DNA from: Cyanophora paradoxa CCMP329
Taxonomy: Eukaryota > Plantae > Glaucophyta
Length of the DNA stretch: 64,000 bases
NCBI GenBank assembly: GCA_004431415.1
Contig: QPMI01000111.1
Coordinates: 48,018-112,017 of the forward strand
Reading direction: 5' to 3'
Positions 36,151-48,940 of this stretch are shown piece after piece (position 1 is the first letter of the stretch; every line of letters begins with the position of its first letter). The notes beneath the pieces were generated by a model. The model saw only the letters and a list, made by a program, of their open reading frames with translations, did no database searches and was not told the DNA's origin. The position numbers were made by a program, and so were the translations under genes.

Positions 36151-36608
36151 TTTCTGAACGGTTCTATCTCTAAATATCTCCGCTTCCGTGCTGCTGTTTG
36201 CATGGTGGGAACTATGGCTGTTGCGATTGTGTACAGCCTTGTCAACCGTTCATCCTTGGGGCGGCGTGGTTCCTGAGTTGGATGACTTAATTCGTTTATA
36301 ATTTCCTCGACCTGGCGGCCTATGGTTCTGTCCAGTTCTTCCATTACTTTCACCTTGTACTTAGTGTCCTCTTCTTCAATTGTAAACCGTGGGGGTCCTG
36401 GAACCGGTGCGTTCGGTTTATTCGATCCTTTGATTTCCATCTCCATTGCCTTGAAGTTGAAGTCGGCGCAGACCGGAAGGTGGTCGGAGTGGCCAGGTTG
36501 GTGTGCTGCTATCGCAATGGCCCGGACTCCTTTCGTTGCTGGTCGGACGTCGGCTGTTACCACCATCGTGTCAAGTCTTGCGGCGTGGATAGGGCGAGGA
36601 TGTGACAC
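36147..36608 (-). pseudogene. LINE APE endonuclease, C-terminal part
   Basis: ARLDTMVV...HSDHLPVCADF matches the APE RID/SDH motifs. Out of frame with the RT ORF. Confidence 0.8.
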
Positions 36609-36721
36609 AGCTGGAAGCTTGAGTGGTGGATGGGAATTTGAGAGGAGTGGGTGTCGCGACTTCGAATCCCGGCGGGAACCGTTTTCCTGAGACCGAAAAA
36701 TTTATGGGGGGGGGGCCCAAT

Positions 36722-37205
36722 AGTTAAGGTCTTTATTATAATATTAATAACATTATAGTGTATTATAATAATGCTCCATACAAACCCCGCCCCGGCAGCC
36801 CCGTGCTGCTCCTTCTTCGTACTTTAAGCACTCTTAAATGAAGCAGATAAGCAAGATTCAACTGTGCAGAACGTGTTTAGAACAGGCATGTGCCTTCTTT
36901 AAGAGATCGTGGGAGGGGTGTGGTACCTGAGGTGTGTTCCATGGATCTGTCAGGATGTCCGAGAGCTTGCAGAGCGTTCAGAGACGTCTTAAACATCGTT
37001 TTATAGCGTTAGGTTGCGTCGTGGTGAGCTCCTGGACAAAAGAAAGCGGTTTTATAGGGAGTACCCCCCTATATTAATATTGTATTGTTAAGGTTCCCGA
37101 TTTGGGGGAACCTTATAATAATAGTATTATAATGCATTATAATAATGTTTATTACTGGATATTAATTGCAAGGGGGGGTCAGCTGCTCAAACCCCCCTTG
37201 CTACC
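36722..37205. repeat. AT-rich repeat related to the 1447-2137 MITE subtermini
   Basis: tttattataatatta...ataatgctccata resembles 1484-1554. It ends in a hairpin gcaagggggg...ccccccttgc. No TSD found. Confidence 0.5.
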
Positions 37206-39476
37206 CGTCGGATTGTCTGTCCTTTTGTCCAAGTCGGCCAGTTCGCAACTCGGTCTTTTTTCCGTCTGCAAAAGTCTTTTTGCTGTAGCCCGGTCCGGCT
37301 CCGCCTGGCCATGGATCCCGGAGTCCGCCAACACCGGGGCAACACAGGCTTGCAGAACATGCCAGCAGTGCTGCCCAGAACCCATGCATGCTAGCTTTAG
37401 CCGACAGCCGGCGAACCCGCGCGCCACGCCGCGCGTGGCCATGGCCGCCTGCCGCAGTGCAGGTGCATGCGCAGTGCATGCGCGGTCACAGCGCTGCCGT
37501 CGCGGAGCGGCTTCTACCACCGACTCAGCCCGCGGAAAAGAGGCAGCCGCTGCCGCGCGCGCGCTACGGCAGCTGCAGCTGCATGCAGCCACGCGAGACC
37601 GGCAGCGAGGCAGGCGCGCGGCATGCGATAGATATCTAGCCCTAGCAGGTCTAGATCTAGCGATAGCGAGGGCGCTATGCAGACGGCGGCTCCGGCTCCG
37701 GAGGCTGCACCGCGCGCGGCAGCTTACAGCCTTGCAGTTGCAGCGCGCAGCTAAGCATAATCGCGCCGCCGCTCTGCCGGCGAGCCGCGCGCGCCGCCGC
37801 TCTAGGCCTCGAGCTCCCGTGTCCGGGATCCCCGCGCCTGGCCCGCGCGCGCGGTCTTAGCTGGCCCTCCGGATCCGCGACATCGACGTCGACTCGCCGT
37901 ACGCGTGTACATGTAAGCTTCGCTCGGCTAACGGGGCGCGGCATGTGGGAGCGCGCAGCGGCCGGCTGCGCGACGCGAGGCCGCGGCCGGCGCCGTGACG
38001 GGCGGGGCGGTCGGGCAGCTGCAGCGGTCGGCGCGGTTCGCCAGGCGCGGCAGGCGGCGGCGCGGCTCGGCAGGCGGGACGGGGGCGCGGCGCGCCGCGG
38101 CGCGGCGGCGCGGCTCGGCGGGCGGGGCGCGCGGGTCGGGCCCCGGGGGCGTGCACGTGGCGCGCGGCGGGGCGCAGCGGCTCGGCGGGCGGGGCGGGGG
38201 CGCGGTGGGCAGCTGCGCAGCTCTAGATCTCCGGGCACCGGCGCGCGCGCGGGGGCGAGGCGCGGGCGGCGGCGCGGCTCGCCGGGCGGGACGGAGGCAC
38301 GGTGGGCGGCCGCCGGGCGGTGCTGCGCGCAGGCCCAGGCCTACCGTAGTAGTACGCCTGCGACCGTAGATATAGATAGCCGCTGAGCATTACGTATACT
38401 TAGTTGTTGTATTCTGTCAACGTCGGCGCCCCTACTTTAGACCCCACCTTGCACCTCCTGAGACGAGCGGGGGCGGGGGCGAGTCGAAGACCTAGTATTA
38501 AACGGCCATCACTGCTATGGGCCCATACAACGCCGTACCGCACTGTTATGCTCTTTCTAAGCTACTGTAGAACTAGTTAATTCAGTACAGGAAAATAAAT
38601 AGTACTTCGCCAAAACTGCCACTTTAGCGCTGGTAAATCTTTGGTAGGTACCGGTCGGTGTTCGCAGGGCTTTTGTATGGCGGAGACGGGATTACCCCTA
38701 CAAATTCTCGGCTTTAGCAGGCGAGAAATATTTAGTAGATCGCCCAATAACTTTTAGTACTATAAATATGCAGCCCACTAAATATTTCCAGCTCTCCAAT
38801 ATACGGGCGCGACCGGACCTCCTACCTCAGCGCTTTAACTGTACCCGTGCTGTTTGGGTGAGAGCGTAACCCGCAGGGACTGGTGCCCTGATGGAAAAAA
38901 GGGAATCGGAGCCTAGCTAGCTACGAGCCGAGCAGGCGCTTCGCGTCCACGCCCGTGCCGTAGCGGATGAAGCCTTGAAGGATACACATTATGACATAAT
39001 ATGGGACGAGGACCCAGACGAGACGAATACGATGGGGAAAACTAGTAGGCGGGTTCCCCCTGTAAAAAGTTCCTAGAAGCCTGCTACGATCCAATAGACG
39101 CCTGTATGCCTGCTAGTCCTGAATAAATCATCTTACTGAGCCTGCGATACTTAGGGAGTCTAACCACTGAGTTTAAGCGCGAACATGCGAACCAGAGCTC
39201 ATTACTAGACGCGTCAACTGGTTGAAACTATGCTGCGCAAGGGTGTGTACAGAACAATATTTAATGGACTCCTGCAGCGACCTACTTAAACTAGAAACGC
39301 GGAGAACAAAGAGGAGCGAACAATCAATGTGAGAGCGAAAAGGTATTATGAGACTACTTCCGTACGGAGATGTTGAGCTGGAGAGTGCCGATGCCGGTGA
39401 AAAAGGTGGAGTACAGGGAGACAGGGAGTACAGGGCGGCATCTCGGGGGCCGCGGGGCGGCCGTGGTGGTACAGGG

Positions 39477-41287
39477 TTACAGCGCCTCGTCCGAGTCGTC
39501 CTCGCAGTCGGCGGTGCGGCGGGTGCGTGGCCGGGCGCGGCGCGAGGCCTTGCGGGAGCCGCCCGAGGAGCGCCCCGCCGGCGTGAAGCCGCGCTTCGCC
39601 GCGCTCTCCAGCACGCGCCGCGCCCGCGACTGCACGTCCTCGAACTCTGCCCCGCCGCCTCGGCGAGGGCCCGGGGCGGGGCGGGGCGGGGCGGGGCGGA
39701 CCCTTGACGAGCTCGTCGGCGTTGGGGGCGCCGTCGGCGGCGTCGTCGTTCTCGATGTAGATGAGGCCCGGGGTCTCGCGGAGGCGGCGGGCGTCGGCGA
39801 GGACGCGCTCCACCTTGTCCCGGTCCAGCCGCGGGAACTGCACCTCCGCGTCCAGCACCGCCTGCAGCTGCCCCACGATCTTCTCCAGGCACCCGATCCG
39901 CCGCCCCGGCCACCGCGACACCCCCAGCTCCCGCACCCGCTTCTTCAGCAGCTGCGCCGGCGTCGGCGGGGGCCGGGGCCGGGCAGGGCGGGGGCGGGGC
40001 GGACGGTGACGCAGACGCCGAGGGCGGGGGCGGCCTCGTTGATGGGGAGGTGCATGAAGCGCTTGAGGTCCTCGAGGGAGAGCTCCCGGATCTCCTGTGG
40101 CGACCTGCCCCCGCCCTCTTAGGCCCCGCCCCCGCCCCCCGCGAGGGCCGGACGCACGCGAGGGCCGGCTCCGGGGCCGCGGGGACGAGCGGGGCGCAGC
40201 GGACGCGCTGGTTGCGGGCGCCGCGCTGGGCGACGCGGCGGCGCTTGATAGAGCCGGTGGGCGTCGGGAGGGCCTCCTCGCGCGTCTCCGAGCCGTCCCC
40301 CTCCTCGATGTCGCCCAGCTCGGGCATCAGGGGGAGCGAGGGGACGCGCTCGAGCTTGACGGCCACCGGCTCCAGCTTGACGGCGCTCAGCTCGACCTTG
40401 ACGACCGCCGGCTCCACCTTGACGGCCACGGGGGCGACGACGCGGCGCACGGCGCGGCCCTCGGCGGCGGTCTCGACGGCTGAGATGCGGACGGGCTCGG
40501 GGGCGAGGGCGGGGCTGAGGGCGGCGGCGATGCCGACGAGGGGCTCGTCGTCGTCGCAGCCGTCGATGAGGTCCTCGAGGGCGACGTCGAGCATCCGCTC
40601 CGTCGTCGAGGGCGAGACCGACCGCAGCGACGGCGCCGCCTCCGACTCAATCTCCGCCTCCCCGCCCTCCAGAAAGTCCTCCACCTCAAGCTCCTCCTCT
40701 GCCACCGCCGCCGGCAGCGCCAGCGCCCCCGCCAGCGCCCCGGCACCCGACCCGGAGCGCGTCCCGGTCGCGAAGGAGCGCCCGCCCGAGCCCGAACCGC
40801 CCGACGAGCCGGGCGCGGCACGGCGCGGCGCCGCGGGGAGAGTCGAGGCGAGATCGGCCAGGCTGACCGCCGAGAAGATGCGGGTCGACCCCGCGGGCAG
40901 GCCCGACGGCGAGCGCGGCTGGAGCTGGAACGGCTGCTGCACCGCGGGGAGCATCGCAATCGGCGGCGGGAGGCTTGCGATCGCGATGGGCGCAAGCGGA
41001 GGCGACGGCGGAATGACGGTACTCAACGTCCGCGGCCGCGCGCTGACGGCGAGGCTGCCGTCGCTACTGTCTTTCAGCGCTGTCCGCGCAGATTCGGTGG
41101 ATTGCACGAGCACAGCGTTCCACGGCAGGCCCGCTCGCAGCTCGTCCTCGAACCACTGCGTCGGCTGGTCTACGAGCTGGTGTATCCGAGACGTAGGCGG
41201 CTGCGAATCGACGAGCTGCTGGATGCGCGAGATGCCCTTCTGGGAGATCCTGAGCGTCTGCCCAACCGCGCGAGGTAGTGCGCTCAT
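39477..41287 (-). CDS. RWP-RK domain transcription factor, multi-exon
   Basis: Spliced: EIRELSLEDLKRFMHLPINEAAPALGVCVT/LLKKRVRELGVSRWPGRRIGCL, a canonical RWP-RK domain. Long low-complexity N-terminus. Confidence 0.88.
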
Positions 41288-41813
41288 ATTTGCGACAACG
41301 ATGGCGAGATGGTGAACGAATGCGGCCGCTTCTGTTCAACACTGCGAAACTTGCGTCATCGCGTCGTGTCACGCAACCGAAAAGCGGGCGCGGCGGGGCG
41401 CGCTAGAAAGAGCGCTAAATGACGGAGAAATGTGCTGCTATGGGATGCACACCGAATTGCGGCGCTGGCGGCGCAGGCGGGGCGTCTGGGCGCACCAAAC
41501 AGCGCGACTGCGAGAAGATCCAGATATCAACGAATCGCGACGACAGCGGCCGAGGACACCAGCTGCTGCAGCTGAAAGCTTGCGATGGCTCTTTCCGAAG
41601 GCGGAAGTTGCGACGCTGCAAGCCACGTGCCTTCCGGACGACGACCGATCGTTGATCACGAGAATCGCCAAAGTGAGGTTATGGGGCGAACTCGAGCGAA
41701 CAAGAGAACTCCCTCTGCGCCTCCCGAGGTTGGCGGCCTCGTCCCGAGGTTGGCGGCCGAGAGAAAAAAAGGGAGGGGGTACAGTGCACTTTGATCGCCT
41801 CTCTCTATGCAAG

Positions 41814-42999
41814 ATGCTGCCCCTGCGGGCCCTTTTGCTCGAACGTGCGTGGTCTTCGAGCGGATCTGTTAGGTTTGCTGCCTCGCTCACCAGGCGCGCA
41901 GCGCACCTGGGCGTCCCGCATCAGCGCGTCCAGCACCTCTCCGAGCTGCGGTTCGATCTGCTCAGGAAAGCCGGTGCTCGTGGCCTGATCTTTGACAAAG
42001 GTGCCCGCTGCCCCTAGCTGCCGCGCGCGCGGCCGGCGAACGGAAACGCGGGCTCGGACGCGCAGACAACACGCTCACAGCGCCCTTCATCGATGAGATC
42101 CACCCCGCCGCGCGCGTGCGTTCCGCACAGACCGACGCGGCCAATCCCGGCCGAGCCGCCTGTGCGCAGGAGCCACTGCGGCGCGCGGAGCAGGTGTTCG
42201 GAAGAGACAAGATAGTAGTTGTAAGCAACAGCGGTAAGGCTGCCTCGCTAGCTATTTCCGCGCTCGCGTAGTCACTCATATAGCTTCAGTCGGTTGCAGG
42301 AAAGACCCACCACCACATGCGCAAGCGAAGGAATGCGAACGACGAACAGGTTTGAGAATAGTACGGTGCGCGCGACTTATCTGTGTACGTTCTCGCGCAG
42401 CCTAGTTTTCCTGCTCCCCCTGGACGCGCCAAGCGTTCAGTTTCTTTGCACCAGAGCTCGCCGCCCACGTGCCAAACCGTCCTCATGCAGGTATGGCGGC
42501 ACAAAGCCCACCGCGGGGGCGAAAGAGGCTCTCGCGGCGCTCGGGTGAGCGCGCGCGAGTATCAGCCGTCGGCGCTTCCGCTGACCGGCGCTGGATGCTG
42601 GCAGCTGCGCGGCGCACGAGGTGGTGGTCATCGGGGATCGCGTGCTGACCGACGTCGTGCGCCCCTGCCTGCGTCCCTCCCGCTTGCGTGCAGAACGCGG
42701 CACTCGGTGACCGCCCGCGGCAGGTCTTCGGGAACAAGAATGGTGCGGGCGGTGCGGGGGCGCTGGGCGCGTCGCCCAACGATAAGCGGGGCGGCAGGCT
42801 TCTTCACGGTGCACACGGGCTTCTTGGAGCCGACGGGGGAGGGCATCGTGGTCCCCCAGGTGCGCTCGCCCGCCCCGAGCCGCCGCGCCCCTCAGCCGCG
42901 CGCCCCGGGCAGCTGCGGAGGCTGGAGGATGCGTTCCTGGAGCTGTGCAAGCGGCGCGGCATCAAGGCGCCCCAGCACCCGATCGAGAGGCCCAAGTAG
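41814..42999 (+). CDS. GEP4: GEP4/YqeG-type HAD phosphatidylglycerophosphatase, multi-exon; start uncertain
   Basis: GLIFDK/DNTLTAP, IVVVSNS, VVVIGDRVLTDV, FGNKNG; stop at 42997-42999. Confidence 0.85.
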
Positions 43000-43424
43000 C
43001 GCTACTCGAGCGCTAGCTAGCCCTAGAGACGCCGTCGACGTCGACGTCTGGATCTGGCAAGCTGTCCGCAGCGCAGTTCGCGACCGGCAGGGCGCGAAAT
43101 TAAGAGCACGAAACCGTTGAACTATATTAAGGCGCCGTTCGTACTACGGTATACAGGCACTGATCATGATCATGATCGATATCGATATCAGATCCGAATT
43201 CGAATGATCAGCGCTAGCTGCAGTGCACTTGGCTTGCATGCGCTTGAGTTGGAGGTAGCTATAGCTGGATCTCGCGCTGCGGCACCATGGCCAGCTGCAG
43301 CCGGCGCTATCGAATGCCGGCGCCATCGATGGGGGTATACGTAGTGGCGGGGTAGACCATCAGACGGGTGCCGCGGTCGATGTTGGGCCGGCAGGTCGCC
43401 CAACGTGGTTCCTGAGCGATATCG

Positions 43425-45173
43425 ATGACGGAGCCGCTGCGTGCCGATGTGGTCAGCAAGTGCCCGCGATGCACGAGGCGCGAGGAGCTCGAGCGGATGT
43501 ACTTCTGCACCGCCTGCAGCAGCATCCGGTGTTCACGCTGTATTCTGGAGGAGATTGACAGTTGGTTCTGCCCCCAGTGCATGGAGAGCGTCCCGCAGTC
43601 CGACGCGGCGCTCTACGCCAATCGGTGCCCGACGCACGACGCGGCGCCTCGCGCGCTTAACATGCTGCGCAGCTGCGTCCGATGCTTCGCGTGCCCGGTC
43701 TGCGACTCGGCGGTGAGCGCGACGCTCAGCGACGGCGGGCATGCGCTCGCCTGCAAGTTCTGCAGCTGGCGCAGCGTCCAGCGTGCGTCCGAGCCCGTGC
43801 CCAGCGGTTCGTGTCTTCTGAGGGCGGGCGCAGTGAGCGGGCAGGGGGAGGCAGCGGGGACGGCGGCGCAGGCGGAGATGGAGCGGCTCGTTGCGCATTT
43901 CCGGGCGCTCCAGGCGGCGGCGGACAAGGAGCAGGAGGCATTCAGCCGCGGCAGGCGCCGCCTTCTAAACCTCTCCATGCCGGCCTGGAGCTCGCGCCGC
44001 CTCGAGCCCGTATCCATCGCCGAGGCGCGCCCCGCCCCGCCCCGCCCCCCTCCACGCCGACGTGCCCCGCAGGTCGAGCAGAGGCTGCAGGAAAAGGAGG
44101 CTCGTTGGCTACTCCGCGACTGTCGAAGCTCGCCGCCACCCGAACTCCCGCCCTACTCGACCCGCGCCGAGCTGCAGGAGCCGCTCACCCGTGCGTGCCG
44201 GCCCTCGAAGAGTCCTGCCGCCGTTACGGATCCTGACCGCCGCAACCCCCGCGCAGTCCCGACTATGAAGCAGATGCTGGCCTCCCCTCTGAACCCCCCG
44301 AGGAGGGCCGAGTGCGCAGCGCTGCGGGGTGCGCGCAGGGGGGCGCGGCACGTGACACCCGGCAGGGAGGTGCGCGCGCAGCGGCGGAAGCTCGCGACGC
44401 GGCGCGCGAAGCGCTGCGCCGAGTGCGAGCGATACGTCGTCAAGGTGGGCCCCGTGCCCGCTCCGCGGCGCGGGGCGCTCCTCACGTGCGGCAGCCGGAG
44501 CTCAACCCCTCGTCGGCGCACTTTCAGATCCGCAACACCGCCCTGTGCGCCGCCTGCCACCCGCCGCCGGCCGCCGGCCTCCGTGCCGCCTCATCGGCGG
44601 GCAGCCTCTTCGTGCCGCGGGTCACGGTGTTGCGCGCGGAGAGGGGCCCCGAGGCGCGCCCCGCCCCGCGCCCCTGCCGCCCCCGTGACGCCGGCGCAGG
44701 CGCTCGAGGGCGAGCTGCTGCTGACCAGCCGCCTGGAGCGGGCGGCGGCCGTGTCGCTCGCCCCCCTCGACCCCGGCCTCGACCTGCCGGCCGCCCTGCA
44801 CCTCGCGATCGGGCCCTACAGCGTGCGCCGGCCCCGGCGGCGCCGCGCCGCGGCCGCCCGCCGACGCCGCGCAGGTCCTCGAGGACTTCGAGGAGGGGGA
44901 CGCGGGGCCCCTCCCCGGCGCCCCGCCCGGGACCCACCCAGCGCCCCGGGGCCCGGCCGGCGGCTGCCCAACCGCGCGGTCGCGGCCTTCCGGCTGGCCC
45001 TGCCCCGCGGGGAGGCCTCGCGAGCCGAGCTGGAGGTGCGCGGGGCGCGGGCCGGCCGGCGGGCGGGCCTCACGGGGCGGCAGGGGCGGCTGCGGATGGA
45101 GGTGCGGGAGGCGGGCGAGGGCGGCGGCCTCCTCGCAGACCCCGTCGAGCTGCAGATCCGAGTCGCCGCGTGA
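43425..45173 (+). CDS. DCTN4: dynactin subunit 4 (p62), multi-exon
   Basis: MYFCTACSSIRCSRCILEEIDSWFCPQCMESVP..NRC..CFACPVC..LACKFCSW and LATRRAKRCAECERYVVK/PELNPSSAHF. Confidence 0.9.
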   Translation: MTEPLRADVVSKCPRCTRREELERMYFCTACSSIRCSRCILEEIDSWFCPQCMESVPQSDAALYANRCPTHDAAPRALNMLRSCVRCFACPVCDSAVSATLSDGGHALACKFCSWRSVQRASEPVPSGSCLLRAGAVSGQGEAAGTAAQAEMERLVAHFRALQAAADKEQEAFSRGRRRLLNLSMPAWSSRRLEPVSIAEARPAPPRPPPRRRAPQVEQRLQEKEARWLLRDCRSSPPPELPPYSTRAELQEPLTRACRPSKSPAAVTDPDRRNPRAVPTMKQMLASPLNPPRRAECAALRGARRGARHVTPGREVRAQRRKLATRRAKRCAECERYVVKVGPVPAPRRGALLTCGSRSSTPRRRTFRSATPPCAPPATRRRPPASVPPHRRAASSCRGSRCCARRGAPRRAPPRAPAAPVTPAQALEGELLLTSRLERAAAVSLAPLDPGLDLPAALHLAIGPYSVRRPRRRRAAAARRRRAGPRGLRGGGRGAPPRRPARDPPSAPGPGRRLPNRAVAAFRLALPRGEASRAELEVRGARAGRRAGLTGRQGRLRMEVREAGEGGGLLADPVELQIRVAA

Positions 45174-45724
45174 CCGCGAACCGCATCGCCCCACTGCCTG
45201 GTAGGGAGAAACTCGGCGACTACATGCAGTACAAGCACGCTCGAGCTCGCATCCAACGCTCGCCACAACCCTCAGCCTTGAGACCACTCTCTCGAAGCCA
45301 TGCATCACGCGCCGGCTGCCGCAGAGTCTGGCGCTGAAATCCCAACTGGGCCATTGCCAACGCTAGCTAGCGCTAGCGCTCCGCTCGCCATCGGCCACGT
45401 GCGCTGCAATTTCAATCGCATCGAAATTCAACGACGAACGATCCCTCGCGGGGGCGGAGCGTGCGAGGCTCTCGCCGCCGCGGTCTCTACCCTAGCGGAA
45501 AAAAAGAGGAAAAATTCTGAAAGAGGGCGGGGGGCGCTGGCCCCGCGCCTAAAGTACACCTAAAGTACAACAACGAAAGGCCCGGATGCAAGTAAGCTGA
45601 GTGTGGGAGGGTTTTCGAAGCAGCGGCGTGTGGCGAGCTACGGGCCGAGTAGATGTGGAAAGTGACAGCGGGCTGCGGGCTCACGGCCTGCAGATCGCGG
45701 AGAGGAGCGGGGGCCCCGGGGCTT

Positions 45725-48363
45725 TCAGGGGGCGACGACGAGGAGGGGCTCGGTGCGGGGCGAGGGGGCCCCTTCCGACTCGGCGCTCTCCGAGGAGGAG
45801 GAGGAGAGGGTGAGGGAGGGGCGGGGGCCGGCGGGGGCCCCCGCGGCGCGGCGCTGGCGCTCGTCGTCGAGGCGCTGGCGGCGGCGCTGGGCGGGGAGGA
45901 GGCGGGCGGCGGCGGCGGCGAGGAGGAGCTGCGCCACGAGGCAGAGGGTGGGGAGGGAGAGGGGACCGGCGCGGGTGGGGAAGAGGACCCCGACGAGGAG
46001 GGGCAGCAGGATGGCGCCCCCGCAGCCCGTCGCCGTGATCAGCGCGCTCTCGCCGGCCGTCACCGGGGCCCCGGCGAGCTTGGCGGGGAGGGCGAGGGTG
46101 GTCGGGTACACGACGCTCATGCCGACGCCGGCGCCGGCGGCGGCGAGCCACACCGAGGCGCGCAGTCGGCCCAGCGCGAAGAGGGGCCCCAAGGAGAGAG
46201 CCGTCAGCGCGGCGGCGGCGAGGAGGAGGGTAACGGGGCGGCGGGCGACGGCGGGGAGCGGGAGGAGGGGGAGGGCGGCGAGGCGGCCGGCGGATAGTGC
46301 GGAGTAGAAGAGGGAGGTGGCGGCGGCGGCGGAGCGGGGCGAGGCCTCGAGCTCCTCGACGTCGAACTCGAAGATCCACGAGCCGAAGCTCGCCTCCGCG
46401 CCCTGGTAGAGCGCCAGGCACACCGCCGCCGTCACCACCAGCGCCCGCCGCCCCCGCCCCGCCACCCCCCGCTCCCCGCCTCTCCCGCCCCTGCCGCCGC
46501 GCCCTCGGCGGGGGCCGACTCGCCCGAGCTCGACGCGGCGCTCGATGCGTCCACCGCCGCCTCCCCGGCCGCCCGGGCCCCGGCGCCCCCGCAGGGCGGC
46601 CCGGGCGTCGAGGGGCGGGGGCGGAGGCCGGCGGGGCCGGGGGCCGGGGCGGCGTCGAGGGCGGCGAGGGGAAGGCGCTCGTCGGCGTGGGCGGCCTCGC
46701 GCGCCCGCACCGCGTCCCGCGCAGCCGCGTCCCGCGGGGTCATCGCCCCCGCCCGCGCCGAGCCCGCGCTCGCCTTCTCCCGCGCCCCGGCCTGCTCAAG
46801 GTCCCCGAGCTCGGCGGGGGGCGCGGGGCCGGCCGCGGGCCCGGGAGCCGGCGGCGCGAGCGCCGCAACCCCGACCGCGAGCAAGCAGCTCCCCCCGAAG
46901 AAGGGGTACGCTGCCCCGGGCGTCGCCAGGAGGGTGTAGAGGATGGGAGAAAGGAGGAGGCCGGCGCCGGCGAGCGCATGCATGCTGCGTGCAGACCGTC
47001 AGTCGTCGCGCCTCGTCCTGCGTTAGATGCCATCATGGCGCCGCTCACAGGGACAAGAAGAGGGGCGCGCGGGCGGGCCAGGCGACCCACGCGTACTGCA
47101 TCAGCGTGTTGCCTCCGAGCCTGTCGTCCCGTCCGACGGTCAGCGGCACGTGCGCAAGGCGGCGGGGGTCCACGGACAGCTGCGCTCCGACGCCGAATCC
47201 TGCGGGGGCGGGCGTGAGGGGCGCGGCGCCGGCCTGAGGGGGACGGGGCGGGGCGCGGGACGGGGGCACCGTTGCACGCGAAGAGGGCCACAACGAGGAA
47301 GGCTGAGGATGCCCTCGGAACGGCGGCGAGGGTGAGGCCCTGGAGAGGGGGCGGGGAGGCCGTCAGATCCACGCCGCTCACCCCCGAGCTCCACCTCACC
47401 CGCGCATTTGCGCGCGCGTCCGATGGTCTCTCTACTCGCACACTATATCTAGGCCAGTCCCGTTATCCTCTAAATTATGTGACTGCGTTGTGGGGTAAAC
47501 CCGAAGTTTTATTTTTCGCCCCTCACGGCACCTGGAGGAGGCCTGCGGCAGCAACCCACTGGTGGCCCCTGGGGCCCGAGATGGGGCCTGGGAGTGAGAG
47601 GCAAGCGACGCTGTCGGCTCGTCAGGAGGCGCCGCGGTTGCCCGAGAGACGGAGGGGCCGGCGCGGGCGCACAGGACGCCGCCGCTCCGCGCGGAGAAGA
47701 GTGCTCCAAGGGACGAGATGGAGGCCCCGGTCTGGCGTGCCAGGGCAGGCAGGCTCGCCGGCACGAAAGAGCCCGTCAGGCCGATGAGGAAGAGGCACAG
47801 GCCTGCCGTCGCGCTTAGCCGCCAGCGCCGCACGCGGGGAAGAACGGCGTACAGTAGCAGACGGTGCAGGCGGAGGCGTGTGCGAGGGGCGAAAGCGTCA
47901 GGTGCGTCGCCGCCAGCCACCGGGGAGCCTTCAGCAGCGGGGCTGCCCGCGCGGAGTCTGCCTCCGGAGTCCGCATGTTCACTTTATGCGCGAGTATGTC
48001 TTTCCTCAAGTCCCGCGAGCGCTCAAACTGGCCCGACACCCTCGCAGACTTGAGCGGGCTAAGGGGGATCGGCCCCTCTCGACGGGCCGCCGGCGAGTCT
48101 GCTACGGGGCCCAGCGCACGGCCAGCCGGAGTGCCCACATCGCTGCGGTTGCGTGGCGTTGGACGTTGTTGCGGAATGCTTCTTGGCGTGGGAATGCTGT
48201 TGGCGGGAGCCGGAATGCTCCTGGGCGTGGGTCCATGGGTTGAACTGGGCGGGCGGGGCGCGGCAGTGATCGTGAGAGGTTGTGTGCTCGCCTTGAAAGC
48301 GCCAACCTCCGCGGGATCGCGGATGACAAGGGCGCCGAGTCCCGGCGATTCTTCTCGCGCCAT
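45725..48363 (-). CDS. MFS transporter (MFSD4/fucose-permease-like), multi-exon; start uncertain
   Basis: LIGLTGSFVPASLPALARQTG..LFSARSGG, GGNTLM, HALAGAGLLLSP, YQGAEASFGSWIF, FYSALSAGRL, GMSVVYPT. Confidence 0.85.
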
Positions 48364-48940
48364 GTGCTCGGCTGTCCGCGCGGCCGCGCGCGCGAGAGAG
48401 GTGCAGTTGATGTTTGCTTTCACGGCGCCAAGGCCGCCGCCGGCCGCGGTCGCAGATCCGTGCGGAGGCTGCACTAGTTCCTGCTCAAAGTAACTGCCTG
48501 ACCACTGTGGTCACGGGGACGGGTCGCTGTGGTTCGGGCAGTTTGATCAGCTCAACGACAGGCGAAGACGCAGCTGACGGGCCACCCTTGTGACCGCCAG
48601 CAACAATTGCTTGTAGGGGATACTGCAAACTGAGGAGGGGGGGTGAGGGCTTGGGCCGGTACACTGTGACATGTAGCACATGCGCACTATATATGTGGGC
48701 CTTTGTGAAGCGTTGAGCTCTCGAGCTTGCCCCTTCGCTGTCAATGCATTGTTAACCCTCGGAGGTTGCATGAGTCACGCGTCGCGGAGGTTTGGGTGTT
48801 ATATTGCGATCAGGTACACGCTGCACTAACAGGGGGGCTAGCACTAACCGACGCGGGGAGTAACAGCCGGTGTACCCCTCGGGGGGCCTCCCGGCCTCTA
48901 ACGATGCTCAGGCTCTAACTGAATGCTGTACCCCCCGCTG

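Larger units (their letters stand above)
26420..36660 (-). mobile_element. non-LTR retrotransposon (LINE) with APE-RT-RNase H-CCHC, 5'-truncated, frameshifted, interrupted by a TIR element; boundaries approximate
   Basis: Intron-less, lower-GC block with ORFs 36147-36608, 32995-36150, 30325-32979 and 26816-27523 in domain order. Confidence 0.9.

Noticed and set aside
36661-36681. tRNA 3' half (ttcgaatcccggcgggaacc) at the LINE 5' junction
   Set aside because: No matching 5' half or cloverleaf was found here or at the other LINE end.
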